From Alphaproteobacteria bacterium (GTDB lineage: Bacteria > Pseudomonadota > Alphaproteobacteria > CALKHQ01), in contig CBDDFZ010000002.1 in NCBI GenBank assembly GCA_965227515.1, positions 1,056,001 to 1,120,000 of the forward strand: 64,000 bases of DNA, in the 5' to 3' direction. The notes beneath the pieces are model-generated. The model had not been told where the DNA came from. It worked only from the letters and a program-made list of their open reading frames with translations, and made no database searches. Below, piece by piece: positions 61,471-64,000 of this stretch (its first letter is position 1; each line of letters begins with the position of its first letter). The position numbers and the translations under genes are program-made.

Positions 61471-61491
61471 GATTGTATATTTTATGCAATC
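61471..61491. promoter_or_regulatory. GntR-type palindromic operator
   Basis: GATTGTATATTTTATGCAATC, an imperfect inverted repeat just upstream of the GntR-led operon. Confidence 0.65.
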
Positions 61492-61569
61492 AGCGAATTC
61501 GCATGGAGATGCATGCGGACGGAGGCGCCGCCAGTCTCAGCGTGAGAGGGAAACGATCTAAGTGTTGTC

Positions 61570-62352
61570 TTACAGCGTGAAAGCCGCGCGGAACGCCTCC
61601 AGGGCGTCTTCCGGATCGCCCGAGGCATAGCTTTCCAGCGCGATTGGGCCGCTATAGCCCATCGCGTGTAGGGCGCGCGCGACGCCCGGCCAGTTGACCT
61701 CGCCGGTGCCTGGCTCCAGGCGGCCGGGCACGTCGGCGACCTGGATCTCGCCGATCCAGGGCAGGCACCGCCGGCACATCTCGATCAAATTCCCCTCGCC
61801 GATCTGGACATGATAGAGGTCGAGATTGAGGCGCAGCGACGGCCGGTCGATGCTGGAGACGAGCGCCAGTGTGTCCTCGGCCAGCGCGAACGGCACGCCA
61901 GGGTGGTCGACCGGCAGGTTCAGATTCTCCAGCGTGAAGGTGACACCTTCAGCGTCGCCCAGGTCGGCGATCCGCATCAGGGTGTCGCGCGCCTTCAGCC
62001 ACATGGCACCGGTGACGACCTCGCACGGCACCACGGGCAAGCCGCCTTCGCCGAGCCCGGTACCGTGCAGGTTCAGGCGCGCCACGCCCAGGCGCTTACC
62101 CACCGCCGCCGTTTCCTTCGCGGTGGCCAGCATTTCGGCCGCGCCCTCATCGTCGGCAAGTCGGCCGCGCAGATAGCCGTTCATGATCGAGAAGGTGGCG
62201 CCCGACCGTTCCAGCATGTCGAGGTCGTGGTTCGGCCAGTCCCACAGGCCAACTTCGAAGCCCATCTCGGTCAGGCGCTTGACGCGCCATTCGACGGGCC
62301 GGTCGCGCCACAGCATCTCGGCGCATGCGGCAAGTGTGAAAGGTTGGTCCAT
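61570..62352 (-). CDS. Hydroxypyruvate isomerase-like TIM barrel protein
   Basis: LENLN, DLYHVQ and QVADVPGRLEPGTGE. Confidence 0.88.
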   Translation of the reverse strand: MDQPFTLAACAEMLWRDRPVEWRVKRLTEMGFEVGLWDWPNHDLDMLERSGATFSIMNGYLRGRLADDEGAAEMLATAKETAAVGKRLGVARLNLHGTGLGEGGLPVVPCEVVTGAMWLKARDTLMRIADLGDAEGVTFTLENLNLPVDHPGVPFALAEDTLALVSSIDRPSLRLNLDLYHVQIGEGNLIEMCRRCLPWIGEIQVADVPGRLEPGTGEVNWPGVARALHAMGYSGPIALESYASGDPEDALEAFRAAFTL

Positions 62353-62520
62353 GGTCAGCTCGCGTGGGAAAGACAGTCCTGGTGGGGATCCGCATCTTCC
62401 CCGATGTTGGCGTCCAGGTCAGCCCTGGATTTGCCTCCGGTCCCCCGATCGCTGGTTCTCTCGCGAGTCTTGTGTGGTAAGCGCGTTGGATCGGGGTCAG
62501 CTTACGCTGAATCTGCGCCA

Positions 62521-62583
62521 GCCCTCTCCCCACCCGGCCGCCCACGAAAGTATCCTGCTGGGTGGCCGGGTGGGGGAGAGGGC
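62521..62583. repeat. Palindromic hairpin of CCCTCTCCC type (REP-like, possible terminator)
   Basis: GCCCTCTCCCCACCCGGCCGCCCA ... TGGGTGGCCGGGTGGGGGAGAGGGC. Confidence 0.7.
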
Positions 62584-62608
62584 CGGTGCCGACCGAAACG
62601 ATCCCAAT

Positions 62609-63616
62609 CTAGTTATACCAGGCGACCACGGCGCGGGTGCGGCAGCCCATCACGATCGGCACCGCGGTCATGGTGGTGAGGCCGGCGGCGGCCGAGGCGG
62701 CGACGACGGCTGGGTGCTCGCCGGAACCTTGCGACAGGTCGGTGGCAATGGCCGGAATGCCGCTTTGCCAGACATGCGCCAGCGTGCCGTCGCCGGCGCG
62801 GACGATGGCATCGGCATGCATCGCGGCCATGTCGCCGGTCAGCTCGCAGAAACCGTCATCGCAGCGCAGGCCACCGGCGCGGGCGTCGGGCACCCAGCAC
62901 TCGAAGCGGCGCGCGATCGGTGTGCCCAGGGCTGACAGCAAGGTCAGCACCCAGGGGCCGGCATCGTCGCGGCCGCAGGGGATGCCGATACCCCGATTGA
63001 TGCCGACACGGCGCGCATCGTCGCGGCGCAGGAAGCGGTGGGAGCGGCCCAGATCGTCCATCATCACCGGCATCGCGGTCTCCCACACCGTGCCCGGCAG
63101 GCCATAGCCGCGCCGAAACTTGGTCTTGGAGGCGGAGAACGCGAAGGTCTCCGCGGTGCCGAAATAGCCATCGACCAGGCCCATCTCGGCGGACCCGTCC
63201 GGCGTGTGCCACAGCTCGATAGCGCCGACATGCTCGGCATCGTCGCCGCAGAACATCACCAGCACCGCCATGATGAAGGGGCCGGCGAACACCGGCACCG
63301 CGACCGCGCATGTCAGGCCCGCCGCGTCTGCAGCCGCGCCGCGCTTGAAGTACGAGCCGGTTAGGTCCTTCAGCACGATGGGCCGGCCGGATGCCCAGGC
63401 CTTACCGGGCAGGCCCTCGTCGTGGGCGAAGGTCGTGGCCCGGCTGACAGAGGCGAACTCCGTCAGCGGCCCGTAGGCGCCGTCGCCGAACACGAGCCGC
63501 GAGCGGTCGGCGCTCGGCACCCAGATCTCGGTGGCGCGAATGAAGCTGCGGGCGGCTGTTGCGCGGATCGGCGCCGCCGCGCCGTTCCCGTCGGCGTGAA
63601 CTGAGTCCATGAGCAT
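62609..63616 (-). CDS. Stand-alone tandem GAF domain protein
   Basis: Repeated EIW/ELW...GLPG.(A/V)W....P units; GGGAGG SD before ATG 63616. Confidence 0.8.
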   Translation of the reverse strand: MLMDSVHADGNGAAAPIRATAARSFIRATEIWVPSADRSRLVFGDGAYGPLTEFASVSRATTFAHDEGLPGKAWASGRPIVLKDLTGSYFKRGAAADAAGLTCAVAVPVFAGPFIMAVLVMFCGDDAEHVGAIELWHTPDGSAEMGLVDGYFGTAETFAFSASKTKFRRGYGLPGTVWETAMPVMMDDLGRSHRFLRRDDARRVGINRGIGIPCGRDDAGPWVLTLLSALGTPIARRFECWVPDARAGGLRCDDGFCELTGDMAAMHADAIVRAGDGTLAHVWQSGIPAIATDLSQGSGEHPAVVAASAAAGLTTMTAVPIVMGCRTRAVVAWYN

Positions 63617-63643
63617 GGCATCCTCCCGAAAATCGGCATTCAA

Positions 63644-64000
63644 TCAGGCCGTGCAGGCCGTGCAGGCCAGCGGCATCGTGGCCAGGCGGTTCGCCGGGGC
63701 GGCGGCCGCGCGCATCGCCTCGCCGACCAACAGCAGCACCGGCCGGTCGGTGTGGCGCTCGTAGTCGAGCAGATCCTTCAGGCACATGGACCGGTAGCGC
63801 TCGTCGGCGTGGCTGATGCCTTCGGCGACCACCACGGGCGTATCGCCGGAGCGGCCCGCCAGCATCAGTCGGCGCGCCAAGCGGGGCGCCACCTTGCCGC
63901 CCATATAGATCGCCAGCGTGCCGGTGGGCTCGGCCAGAGCCGCCCAGTCCAGGCCGTCGGGCACCGCATGGTCGCGGGTGAAGCCGGTCATGCAGGTCAC
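63644..64000 (-). CDS. Uroporphyrinogen-III C-methyltransferase / siroheme synthase C-terminus (5' part off the window)
   Basis: LDWAALA..GTLAIYMG, DTPVVV and PVLLLVGE. Confidence 0.8.
   Translation of the reverse strand: MTCMTGFTRDHAVPDGLDWAALAEPTGTLAIYMGGKVAPRLARRLMLAGRSGDTPVVVAEGISHADERYRSMCLKDLLDYERHTDRPVLLLVGEAMRAAAAPANRLATMPLACTACTA

Overview
A GC-rich alphaproteobacterial chromosomal segment, mostly accessory or niche genes. It has no rRNA, tRNA, CRISPR array, integrase or transposase. Contents in order: (1) an alpha-glucoside/trehalose-type sugar ABC operon with a divergent GH13 glucosidase; (2) small secreted proteins, an FHA-adenylate cyclase, metY and a TetR-controlled methyltransferase/GNAT pair; (3) a secreted-protein region with RTX Ca-binding proteins, a FicTA-like toxin-antitoxin pair, cytochrome c' and a caspase-Sel1-FGE protein; (4) trimethylamine monooxygenase preceded by an AT-richer PleC/DivJ-like kinase; (5) acyl-CoA catabolic genes, two tandem RTX paralogs, a desaturase and an orphan priming glycosyltransferase with a perfect CtrA box; (6) two GntR-regulated catabolic clusters of unknown substrate, one with twin enolase-superfamily paralogs and a frameshifted ABC ATPase. 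Several families of palindromic REP/MITE-like elements fill the intergenic spaces. The most unusual signals are a shared N-terminal leader on two adjacent putative type-I-secreted proteins (20806-21992), a position-exact conserved CRP-like promoter and leader cassette on the duplicated RTX genes, KxE-type twin enolases and a non-canonical Fic pair. All calls come from reading the sequence and translations; no searches were run.
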